A stretch of 64,000 nucleotides of DNA from Lepidodermella squamata. Its lineage: Eukaryota > Animalia > Gastrotricha. The DNA lies in the NCBI GenBank assembly GCA_047495785.1, contig JBLDXI010000001.1:4526001-4590000 (forward strand). The letters are read 5' to 3'. The notes below the pieces were generated by a model. The model saw only the letters and a program-made list of their open reading frames with translations, was not told where the DNA came from and did no database searches. Numbering within the stretch: position 1 is the first letter of the stretch; the number at the start of each line of letters is the position of its first letter. Positions 13,191-24,800 of this stretch are shown piece by piece. The translations under genes were made by a program, and so were the position numbers.

Positions 13191-13771
13191 GTCTGAAGAG
13201 CTATCGTTGGTTTCCTCAAGTCTTCATTTTTTGTAAGCCTCGAAATCAAGGACCGCCAAACATTTCAAATATAAATCTAAGCGGAAATTAAAATGTGCAG
13301 CGAGGGTTTTCAGGGACCACAAAAGCTTTATTCATTGATTAGAGTCTTACACATCGACTATTTTTCGCAGCTATTATTACGAGTTAAGAAAAATCAATCA
13401 AGATCGAAAAAGAGATTGATACGCCCCACAATACTGGAGTTTAATATCAGAAGAAAAGAGAAATAAATCAACCAAATAGTAGTACAACATATATCTCGTT
13501 TATAACCAGCAAGGCAAGCGCGGTGTTTTAGCATTATTCTTTGTTTGGAAATAGAAAATAGACGCTGGGACAAAACGAAAATAATAATAATAGCACTATT
13601 TTGCTTTTGGCGACGGGTTACATATCTCACAGGAATATAATCAGTATTATTTAGCTGTGACAAGAAGACACAATGATTGACGAAGGATCACAAAAAAATC
13701 AGGTTAACTAATATTAAATGAAAACACGACATAGTTTATTAGATCAAGTCATGGGTTTCTTCGTTACGTGT

Positions 13772-14635
13772 TCAGTTGCGCTTCTTCGAAATGGCAGCAG
13801 TGGCTTGGCCACGCAGGTCCCTGATCTTGTGTTTCGCCTGCTTCAGACCAGCCTTGACCATTTTGTGGATGTTCTCCATGCCCTCGGTGATTTGAGGCTT
13901 GTAGAGCGAGTAGACTTTCGGCAGAGTGAACGCTCCGACAAAGGCCAGAATAGTGAGGAGGCGCAAGCTGAAGTAGCCGCCGACAACTGCGGTGACGTAC
14001 AACAGGACGGCAAATTTGACGGTGTCCAACACCTCTTCGACCATAACGTAATGCTTCAGCTTGTTGACCAAGCGAACGAGGAACGGCAGCGAGCGGTCAG
14101 TCACATTAATGATGTGCTGGCGAATGTTTGATTCATCGAGATCTCCAAAACCAAGGAAAGGGTGGCCGACTTCGGACTTCTGGAACGAGTCGATGATGTA
14201 ACGGTAGATGCGGTACGTGAACGTTGATGTAACAAGGCCGAGAAGCAAGTAAGCCGTCACGACGATCGGATTACAGTAGCAATACAGCACCAACAGCGGC
14301 AAAATGGTGAAGAAAATTACAGCCGTCTTGTAGACATCCTTCCAGACGAAAATATCGTACGCAGCTGGTGGAGTTACTTGACCAAGGTAATCAATGAAAT
14401 GGCAAACAGGGCAGCCATCGTCATCTTGCTGAGCGTTGGTGTGCTTGTGCGATTTTTCCTCGACAACTGGGCTAGCGAGCTTCTTTGGCGACTTGGGTTC
14501 CTCGTGGCGCGGCACTTCTGGAACCACAGGAGCGGCTTCATTGGATTCATCGCCAAACGAAACCAAATCGTCGGCAACTGGAACTTCGGGTTGTTCGGAC
14601 ATCGATGTGGAATCGGGTTGTTCGTACTCCGCCAT
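13772..14635 (-). CDS. RTN: Reticulon with intronless CDS
   Basis: Reticulon domain (DIFVWKDVYKTAVIF, HPF, KFAVLLYVTAVVGGYFS, AFTLPKVY) and C-terminal KKXX ER motif (KKRN). ATG at 14635 follows an acceptor-like ttttcatag; AATAAA at 13740-13735. Confidence 0.92.
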   Translation of the reverse strand: MAEYEQPDSTSMSEQPEVPVADDLVSFGDESNEAAPVVPEVPRHEEPKSPKKLASPVVEEKSHKHTNAQQDDDGCPVCHFIDYLGQVTPPAAYDIFVWKDVYKTAVIFFTILPLLVLYCYCNPIVVTAYLLLGLVTSTFTYRIYRYIIDSFQKSEVGHPFLGFGDLDESNIRQHIINVTDRSLPFLVRLVNKLKHYVMVEEVLDTVKFAVLLYVTAVVGGYFSLRLLTILAFVGAFTLPKVYSLYKPQITEGMENIHKMVKAGLKQAKHKIRDLRGQATAAISKKRN

Positions 14636-16574
14636 TTCAAATGATATTCGGAATTTAGGTAAAAAGGGTAAAACTACTAAATGTTCTATGAAAAAAGAAT
14701 GAATGAATGATTGAAATTTAGCAGAACCTAAAAACAACCATTCCTTCTCTCTAGACGATGAATAAAGATGATGTAATGTAATGTAATCAACAGGTAACAC
14801 AGGCTTCAAGATTCCGACTTATATCCCATCTTAATGTTTTTGTTGTCAGCGTTATCCTCGTGTATTACAGAGAAACTTGGTTCAAGTTGCTTTCTGGAGC
14901 TATTAGCAAACGCTTGGAATGAAAGGAGGCCGGATACTCACATGAAAAGCACGAAGCTAACGATGAACTGCCTTTTTGGGTCGGAACAGATCCTTGAACT
15001 ATATCCATTCAAGGAGAAGTTTTTGGTTTTTGCTGCCTTGCTAACTAGAAGAAGAATTAGAGCTGCGATGCCGATTGAAAACCGCGAAATAAAACAGCGA
15101 GAAATGGATAAGAAAATAGGGGAAAAGAATGAATGCCAATCGTAATTCTTCGTTAAACGTTTGTCTGCTCAAAGACTTTTCAGGTACTTTTGGGTGCTTC
15201 AAAAACCTCGAAGACAGACGCGTACTGAAAAAGCCAGATGGTGCCGCGCGCGATACTATTATTAAGTCAAGGTCACAGTTTAAATTTTTTTGAAGAATAA
15301 TTTGTAATAGTAAATAATAAAATTTGATCAGTTTAGCCTTGAAATTTACTAATTAAATTTAATGACAAGATCTAACAGTTCAATATTTTTTTAGTTTGCC
15401 CGGATGAGTCATTTCCGAAGACTTCAAATCTCACACCCGATGAGCCCAGAACTCAGTACTGCAGGAGACACAACATTGAGATATACAAGCTATATATGCC
15501 TTTTAGTTTTTTGAGTATGTATATGAGGACTTTTCAGCGATCTAGCGACTTTCGCTGCTTGCTACTTGATTTTTCATTGTACAGTTTCTCTTTACTTGGG
15601 TATTTTGGTTGCGATACGGACAGAACACAGCTTAAAACTTGAAACTGTTAATCCTGATTGAACATGAAGTAGAAATGAGCTTGAATAAACTTGTGTAGAA
15701 TGAGAAAATCGTCAGCTAACATATAGCATCAAAATCTAGTCAAATACTTCATGGTTGAGGCTTGAGGCTATTAGTTATAACCGATTTCACTTTCGAAAAG
15801 CACTTTTGCACAGGTCACAGGCATAGCAAGCCCAGCAATGTTTCCAAAAGTTCCACGCATGGTCATTTCGCGCTGGATATATAATATTTTAAAGCTAATG
15901 ATGCATAATGAAATGCGGATTTTGGAATCAACATATTTCTGTCTACTTGAATTCAACATTACTATCACTATGTACCTACTTACATACTTACATTTTCGCT
16001 GTTCTGTTTTCCCCATTTGTAAATTATCACTCGCAATTACTATCCCCATTCAAGAATATTTAAGCTTATCGTCTGGTAATTTTAAATGTTTCACAATCGC
16101 AAACATTAAATCTATTTGAGAAGTTGGCAGCCTCTATGCAATGGTTCATTCTTGCCCGGCTAAGCTGGATTTCCAGCATTTCCCAGTTCACAGTACACTT
16201 TAATTTCCTTTTATAAGTTTGCCTTTCGTTCAAGGTACATTATGCCAGTTATGACCTCGAATGACCTCAAATTGCCGCATGGTTTTCTGTTGACGCTGTC
16301 AAATATTTCCATCACCTAGCACCTAAAATTCAGGTGCAGATTTAGTCTGGATTGCAGTGTTCATTGTTCATATTTTTGAGCATTTATGTGACTACCAGTT
16401 TTATTTGTACCTCATCAAGCGCAAACCATCAGTTCGTTTTGATTGATCATATTGCGCACGATGATCTGGTAAAAGTATATCTACTTCCGATGTTTGTTAT
16501 CTATCATTCCACATCCGGTGCATAATTTCCATAACCATTAGTTCTCACTCTAGACAGAACTTTATTCCAATGAC

Positions 16575-17573
16575 ATGTCAGCCGCAGTTTCATGGGATAT
16601 CGTCACCCCTGGCGGACCAGCGCTCTGTAATCACATCGGCGCCTTCATAAACGGCCGCATTTTACTACACGGCGGTGTTTCTCAGAAACGCTCTACCGCC
16701 GCGCTCAATAACTTATACGAAATCAAACCAGATGAAGAGGAAAATGCAGTTTGGCGTGAAATACGCTCACCCGACTCGCCGTCACTCAGCCACCATGCTC
16801 ATTTTACGATATCAGATCGCTACCTAGTCCTCGTAGGCGGCTGGAATGGCAAAGAACGTTCGACTGACGTATTTATTTACGACGCTCAAGATGAAAAGTG
16901 GTTGAAAAAGCCGGTCATCAAAGGATTTCCCGACGGCGGTGGACTCAGCTCTCACACCGTTCTCCCTCTATCGGAGAATGCCGTTTTAGTCGTCGGCAGA
17001 GAGGGCGGATTGAGAACGCAGAGAAGAGCTGGAAGCGCGTTTTTATTAAAATACAAGTCGAACCTATCGGAATTTACGTATGAAGAAGTTCCTCTTGGAA
17101 CTCATTCTCGGTCTTGTCATACGATGTCTTACGTCGCTGGCTATATTTTCATTATCGGAGGTCGCGATAACCATTTGATTGAAGTTCATTCCGGGGTGAA
17201 ACCAGCGCCTTTGAAGCCTATTTTGCCAGCGGCTTACTCGGAGCTTGCGACAAACATTGAAAAGTACGCAGTACTCATGCAAAAAGAACCACCCTGCGTG
17301 AAAGGCCACGTTGCGTTCGTTGCGTGTGGCAACGCGATATTACTGCACGGCGGCGAGTCGTTTGACGGCCGGCAAAAAGACGCGAGGTCAGATTTATTCG
17401 CGTTTAATGTCGCCGGACGCCGCGGTGACTGGTACCGCGTTGCGTGCTCGAACCCTATTGCTCGCGATAGCCATGTTGCGATTGCCTCGCCGAATTACAT
17501 CTTCATTCACGGCGGGTGTGGACCGCGTGGAATTGTCTCTTCCGAGTTGTATCGTCTTAAATTGACGGCGTGA
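16575..17573 (+). CDS. KLHDC9: Kelch-repeat beta-propeller protein (KLHDC9-like), intronless CDS
   Basis: Repeated HGG/VGG/IGG kelch motifs; LVLVGGWNGKERS, GLSSHT and VGREGGLRTQRRAGS match the remembered KLHDC9 pattern. Confidence 0.8.
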   Translation: MSAAVSWDIVTPGGPALCNHIGAFINGRILLHGGVSQKRSTAALNNLYEIKPDEEENAVWREIRSPDSPSLSHHAHFTISDRYLVLVGGWNGKERSTDVFIYDAQDEKWLKKPVIKGFPDGGGLSSHTVLPLSENAVLVVGREGGLRTQRRAGSAFLLKYKSNLSEFTYEEVPLGTHSRSCHTMSYVAGYIFIIGGRDNHLIEVHSGVKPAPLKPILPAAYSELATNIEKYAVLMQKEPPCVKGHVAFVACGNAILLHGGESFDGRQKDARSDLFAFNVAGRRGDWYRVACSNPIARDSHVAIASPNYIFIHGGCGPRGIVSSELYRLKLTA

Positions 17574-17956
17574 TGATAAATGAGCGAAAATCTGTGATAC
17601 TTATTTTTTTACTGGCGTTATGAAATTACGACCATAGCATTTTTTTTTATAAATTTAATGATGATTCTTTTTTTTTATATTTCGCTTCGATAACTGATAA
17701 AATTGTTGAACCTATTGATATAAACTCGCCTATTTTTTTACATATTGACTTGCATTTGGTCAAAAAGCCAAATTCCGTTGACCGAAAGAGAGAACTTGCG
17801 ATTTTAAGCTTCCCTATATTTTAGCGAGAAATATTTTGCATGATATTGGTGAAATTGTTGCCTTATTTGTGATATCTGCATGAGTTTTGTACGCATTTAT
17901 TTATTCCGCCTTGCTACCCGTATAGTTTTTTATGGTATTTTCCTGAGTTTGAATTA

Positions 17957-18370
17957 ATGGCATTTACTGTAACAAACACCTTGGTTTGCCTGATCCAAGG
18001 CATTCAAGGCCGAACCGTAGAAATCGACCTTAAAAACGGAACTACCGTCTATGGATTATTGGACGAGGTCGATTCCAATTTAAATTGCCATTTGCGAAGC
18101 GGCTATATCCGCAAATGTCATTTATCGAAAAGCAGTAATGACCGGCAACAGCGCACAAATTTCGACGATTTTTACCTGCAAGGGAAACACATTCGTTACG
18201 TTCATTTGCCTGAAAATGTGTCGATTTACGGCGCGATGCAGCGGACGATTGAGCAGCATGCGAAAATGCACCAGCCTCGAACGAAACCGCGGAAGGCGAA
18301 GGATGAGCAACGAGCAAAGGGCCAGCTTGAAGTCCTAGAGCCTATTATAGCCGATCATATTGATCTCTAA
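17957..18370 (+). CDS. LSM10: U7 snRNP Sm-like protein LSm10
   Basis: Sm1/Sm2 motifs NTLVCLIQGIQGRTVEIDLKN..VYG.LDEVD and FYLQGKHIRYVHLP; AATAAA at 18475-18480. Confidence 0.88.
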   Translation: MAFTVTNTLVCLIQGIQGRTVEIDLKNGTTVYGLLDEVDSNLNCHLRSGYIRKCHLSKSSNDRQQRTNFDDFYLQGKHIRYVHLPENVSIYGAMQRTIEQHAKMHQPRTKPRKAKDEQRAKGQLEVLEPIIADHIDL

Positions 18371-18803
18371 AACCTATATAGCGATGATTGTGAATGCCTC
18401 AATTTTTGTGATCACCGATTTGTGCATGGATTTTGTTGGAAGAACCACGAATGACTTTTGAAGAAAAAATCTCCAATAAATTACAAATTTTTCCACCTCG
18501 TTGATTATTGAATCACCGTTTCTCGTTTTCAAATATGCAAAAACTAAGATTTGGTTAGAGGAAGATTTTTCATAGCTGATCCAATTTTGTTAATTTTTGA
18601 CGGGCTCCAGTTGGATTTCAAACCTTGAATTTCAAATCGTTATACATTTTTAAATTCTGTACAAAATATCTGGAAATTGAAATTGCATCTCTAAAACTTT
18701 ACTTACTCTAACTTCCAACTTGTTATTCTAAATTTAATTCAAGTTTTCACTAATTTTAATTTTGACTTTATACATTCTTAGATTTTACTTTTGAGTTGAG
18801 TTT

Positions 18804-21800
18804 ATGTCAAATACTTCGAAAGTAAAATCTTCGGGCACGGTGGTTCCGAAGAAAGACCAGCCGCCGGTTAAGAAACCACGCGTGGCCACCGGAGCCGGGC
18901 CTGGCCGCAAGAAAGGCCTAGCATCAGGCGCGTCTTTCGGCGCAACATCTGCGTCTGGGAATGACGAAGAAAGCGGCGGATCTGAACGCGTTCAAACCGC
19001 CCAGGACATTCTCGCCGAGTTGAGGGCGGTTGCCGAGGCAGAGGCGCGTGAAAACGCGGCGGCCAACGACGACAGCAATGAACCGGACGAACTCGGCAAT
19101 GATTCTGGTAAGTTCTTTCCTAAACACTAAATCTGACGAGCAGCATTATTTCAGTCTAAAATCGCTATCACAACGCTTTGAAAAACTCGAGAAAATTGTG
19201 CAACAGGGAATAAAATCTGCGTCCGGTCTAATTAGCATATTCAAATGATGAATTCGAATTCTGGGATTTTTTCACCTATTTTATAAAAATAAAGGTGAGC
19301 TCTTAAATTCTCCAAAATTTACCTGCCGATCCAGATTTATCTGGCGAAGGTTTGAAAAAATCCCTTTTTGGACGAAAGCCAAATTTTCAAAAAAAAAATA
19401 GTTCTGTCCTAATATAGGAATTTAGGAATTTTTCGCGGGAAATGTTTAGCCTTTTTCGGGTTTAATTCTGATTTTTTTCTCCATTTTTTAGCAGTTGCCG
19501 TTCCATCAGCTGCGAGCCGCCACCTAGAAGCGCGTGATGAGTGTAAACGCGACGAATTCGGCGCGCGGGATTACCGTGATCTTGAGTTGAAGGAAGACCA
19601 CGGATCGCGGCCGTTGTGGGTGACGCCCGATGGAACAGTCTACCTTGAGGTTCAATCGCCTGTCTACAAGCATGCGCAAGATTTCCTGGTCGCTATTGGC
19701 GAGGTAATGAAATTATAGGAATTTATTGGACTTCGATTATTTTACTGATGTGATGAAAATTTATTTGAAAATCATGTCAAAGCCTGAGTTATCTTCGAGG
19801 AGCATATGAAATGTGAACCATTTCTAGTACTTGATCACATTTCCCACTACGAATCGGGAAATGCTTGTAAACTTGCAGTCAATCGCGTAAATTCACTTGA
19901 AAATATTCGACGAGTCCATCAGCTAACAGTTGCTGTTGTTTCGAGCCGAATTTTTCGGAGTAGAAACGATCAGGATCGAGGCAATTGATTTCCGCAACAT
20001 TAAGGTCGCCTTCATTTTACGAAACAGATACGGTCCCTTGAACGTGGCATTTATTTCCCGGCGATTCTTGTCTCTGAAACTAAATTCTGGAGAAGTGAGT
20101 GTTGATATTGCCAAGAATTTCGGAAGGACTCTTTTCAATAAATCTAACAACGTGGTGAATTGTTCTGCGCCACACCATGTTAATGATCATATTGTCGATG
20201 GAGCACTGGGTCCATGCAACGCGGTAACAAATTAGATTGTCCTTGATAGTTTCATAGTTTCAGGGAAGAAGTTGTTATTTCGGGTCTAACAGGATATGTA
20301 AATGGGGCCGTGATTGCAATTTTCGACGGAAACGCTGCGAAGCTATTCCTCGAGAGACTTGCCTTGAAGGCGTTGGCAGGTCGCAACTGATCGATTTAAG
20401 ATAGTGATAGAGTGGGGATCGAGTATTTGCCTTCTTTGATTCGAATTGTGTATAGGAGAGAAAAAGTTCTGGTATACCAGCCCTCATTTTCCGATAAGAC
20501 TGGATTTTCAAGTTTAACTTTAAACGTGACGGCATCATGATTCGAGAAGATGAACGGACAATTTACATCGATGTCATGAATAAGAGATACGTTGTCATTT
20601 TGCGGAAAGAGTCTTAATTTGTCTTGGGCGAATGTCCTTGCCGCAGGAAATGGTGCAAAGCTCGCTCTTTTGAAACACGTACTCTTCGAGGACTATCTGG
20701 TGATCCAGTATTGAAAGGAAACAGCCACGGAAGATTTCTAGAATAATATCCTTTTTGAAGCCACCATTGTGTTTTTCGATTCGACTATTTTGAAGCAAGG
20801 TTTCTCAGCTTTTTCATCCTGAAGGGAATTGATTAAAGATGAAACTAAAGATTTTAAAAATTCGTGCCTGAGGTCGTAAAATTGAATGCTGAGAGGTCAT
20901 TAAAACCTTTAATTAAATCGCAAGGATTCACCGACGAGAAGGCGTCACCACCTCTTCCAAATGGGCGACAACTGGTGACAAACGGGCACAAAAAGACTCT
21001 GTTAAAACGCAAGGTGAACAAAATTAAAATTTCAAGCAAATAAGGCTTACGGTCAGTGAAATAGTCCTATGGAGACTGTCCCGTAAAAGAGCTGAAATTA
21101 GCACAAAAAGGAAAAGATGATTACGTTGTCTGTGTCATTAATTCGCTAGCACCACCTTCCAAGCTAGATTTGCCATAACGGCTGACGATCCAAGACATGA
21201 AATGAGGTGTTTTATTAATTGTCTATTAGATACACAAATAATATGCTTTGCAAAAAGTTGAAACATCATGCTTTTGGGCGACAACCGAAATTCTCATTAA
21301 ACACTTACTAAAAATTGTTACTTATCCTTCTCGAATGATCATTAATTTGTTTCAATTTCCAGCCTCAATGCCGAACACATCACATTGAAGAGTTCAAGCT
21401 GACCGCCTATTCGCTGTACGCTGCTGTTTCAGTCGGTCTCGAAACGCACGATATCATCGAGTACCTGGGCCGTCTGTGCAAAACCTTCCTGCCCGATGAA
21501 GTCAAGGAGTTCATTCGAGCGTGCACCATGTCGTACGGCAAGTTCAAACTCGTCCTGCGCCAGAATCGCTACTTCGTCGAGTCGAACCACCCGGCTGATA
21601 TGCAGAAAATTCTCAAGGACCAAGTCATTCAGCAGTGCCGCAAGGTTGTGACGGCGGATGGCGACGAACGGCCGGACTATTCGAGCGGCCCCCTGCCGTA
21701 CGGGCTCGATGAAATTTTCGGCAATTCAGCCGCGTCGAAGGAGAAGGGCGCCGAGGAGAAGCCGAGTGATCAGGGCGAGAATGGCGGGGCTGAAGCGGGC

Positions 21801-24800
21801 GATAAGTCGCAGGTGCCGGATGACATTGCGAATATGCTCGATAAAATGGACGCCCCTGAGGATGATGCTGATCTCGATCTCGCCCGAAGAGTCGTATCTT
21901 TCGAGGTGAATTTCCAAATATTTTGAATATTGAATATTTTTTAAATATAATTTGACATTTTTTGAAATTAATCGATTTCGATTTAATTAAAAAAAAATTA
22001 AATTGATGATTTAAAATTTCGATTTTTGCTTTCGATATCGATTTTCTTCATCGATAATGAGTATTTAGGAAAAAAACTTGGCATACCTAAAATCCATCCC
22101 CTCGGAAAAATTTAAAATCAGCAATTATTGAAGTTTTATTTATAATTGATTATTCATGGATAACTTGCAATTTTCTATTTTTTTTAGGTTGAGGAAAGTC
22201 AAATCGAAGCCTTGCAAAAGCGATGTATCGAGCTTGATTACCCTCTACTAGCCGAGTACGATTTCCGAGCCGACGTCAGCAACGCGGATTTACCCATCGA
22301 CCTAAAACCGTCCGCAATTCTGCGTCCGTACCAGGAGAAAAGTCTTCGAAAAATGTTCGGCAACGGCCGCGCCCGATCCGGAGTCATCGTACTGCCGTGC
22401 GGTGCCGGTAAAACCCTAGTCGGGGTGACTACAACCTGCACCATCCGAAAGCGCACCCTCTGCCTAGCGACGAGTGGCGTGTCAGTCGAGCAGTGGCGCC
22501 AGCAGTTCAAAATGTGGTCGACCGTCGACGATGCGCACATTCGGCGGTTCACGGCCGATGCGAAGGAACGCGCGCCGTTGGACAACACGCCGTGCTTGTG
22601 TATTTCGACGTATTCCATGCTCGCGCATAGCACGAAACGGTCCTACGAGGCTGAGCGTATGATGGACTGGTTGAAGAACCAGGAATGGGGCTTGCTACTC
22701 CTCGACGAGGTCCACACAATTCCTGCTAAAATGTTTCGAAGGTTTGTGAAATTTTATATTATTAGTCATATTATCAATTTCGAGAAATATTTTTGGGCGG
22801 AAAATGACCAAGTTGAATTTTAGTCTTGAGTGAGGCTATTTTGAAATTTTTTAACAATATACTTTCAATACTCCTTTGGTTACATTTTCTTACTGACATT
22901 TTCCAAGATTCTGATTCTAAAAATTGCAAAACAGTTGCGAAATTTTTTTTTTATTTTCTAACAATTTTCCTGCAATTGGGATTAAGGAAGTTTTTGGCGC
23001 TGTTCGTCCATGTGCATTCGTTTGATTTTCAATATCGAGGTCTCGATTGTTGACTAAATCTGTCGAAAACATCGTTAATTGAAATTTCCTGATCAAGTCA
23101 ACCTTCAGCAGTAATGTTTTTATTTCATATATCATTCCAGAGAAAAATTCAGACGAAGGCTTTGCGTCAAAATAGAATAAAATCGTATTTATATTAATTC
23201 TAAAAACGTATGGCGTTCAGAGCGAGTCGAAAAATTGGCGAAGAAAGCTTCTCAATATAGTATATAAGACACCGTGGTAAGTGAAAGGATGAGTTGAAAG
23301 CTATCGCTAGGAAGAATTCCACTCGTGTATAAAAAAAATGGGTAACTATTTTGAAATTTTTCACGTCGATTTGCGACGGCCGTTGCTGCTGCCAAGCGAC
23401 GATGAACTGCCCTTCTCGTCGTCGGATTTCAGCAGTTCAGCGCTTAACGGTATAATCTGAGGTGAGGCGAGAGCAATGCCAGCGGGGGTCTCCTTCATTT
23501 CCTCAATAATGCGACAATCGCTATTAGACGAGCCGCCGTTATTTAAAAGCTCCGTGATCTCCTTGTTCGTAGATACAAAACTGATTTTTCGATAAGCGCT
23601 CGGGCCGATTTTCAGCGTTTTTACGGCATGCAGCATTTTGTCAAGTAGAATGCCTTTTAGTCCGACGATTATGAACGGGTATGATGCGGAGAGCGCTCCT
23701 ATAATCGAATAAAATCATTACAAAAATTGAAAAATAACAAAAAATTCAATTTTAAACCTTTTTTCGGCGGATTTTTCGCGAGTTGGAAAATTGCCATGAT
23801 AGTTGCGAAATCGATTTCCCGCGTTTCACTGCAGTCAATCACAACCGGGCCAACGTAACTGCCCGTTTTAGCCCATAATTTCTTGATCGAATCCGCACAT
23901 GGGTACCGCAGCTCACCCGCGGCCATTGTCACTAGTAGGCACGTGTGATTCGAATACGGCACAATCCTCGATTCAACAGCCGTAGTCGCCACTCGGATAG
24001 ATCTCATGCTTAGAATTGCGCTGATTACCAGCGCCGCAACAACTCCAACCAAGATTCCGTATTCGATATCGAGAAGCAGGCACGCGATAAATGTGATAAC
24101 TGTGGGGAACATGTCCACCTTATTAACGCGCCAAATCATCTTCGCCATGTGAATTTCAATCATTGATAACGCGGCTGCGATGACAACAGCGGCTAGGCAC
24201 GATTTGGGGACGAAGGGCAGCGTTGAATCGGCAATAGTAGCCGCAGCTATGAGAACTAGCAGCGACGTGAACACACTGCATAGTTGCGTTTTAACCTCAC
24301 ATTGGCTGTTCAACGCGGATCGAGTAATAGATGAAGAGCTTGGGTAGGCGTTGAAAAATGCGCCGATCACGTGGGCCACGCCACACGCCAACATTTCTTG
24401 ACTCGCGTCGATCGAATAGCCGTTTTTCTGAGCGAGAGCGCGGCCGATTGCTAACAGCTCGATAGTCGCGATTAACGGAATTATAATAATCCCAACCCCG
24501 ATATGACCCATCACTTGGCCGAAGGAAACATGTTCCGTAGTCGAATTTCCCGTCGAATTTTTTTCCGTATTTTTCTTGATGTAAATGCCATCGAAGGGCG
24601 GGACTTCCGGCTTCGGGAGACCCCGAGGAACAGGCCCGGTCAGGGTGAGCCCCTTGCCCTTCTTAACAGGCCCCGGTTTCACTTCAAAAGCGGTGCAATT
24701 CATCGTGGAATTCATCGAGCAATTCACATTTGATGGGGTCGAAATTGCGGTCGCAGAAGTTGACGTCATTGAATACGCGATTCCAGCCGAGACTATAATT

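Noticed and set aside
14834-16119. Short ORFs in the divergent interval
   Set aside because: No motifs or coding-like composition; probably UTR, intron or promoter sequence.
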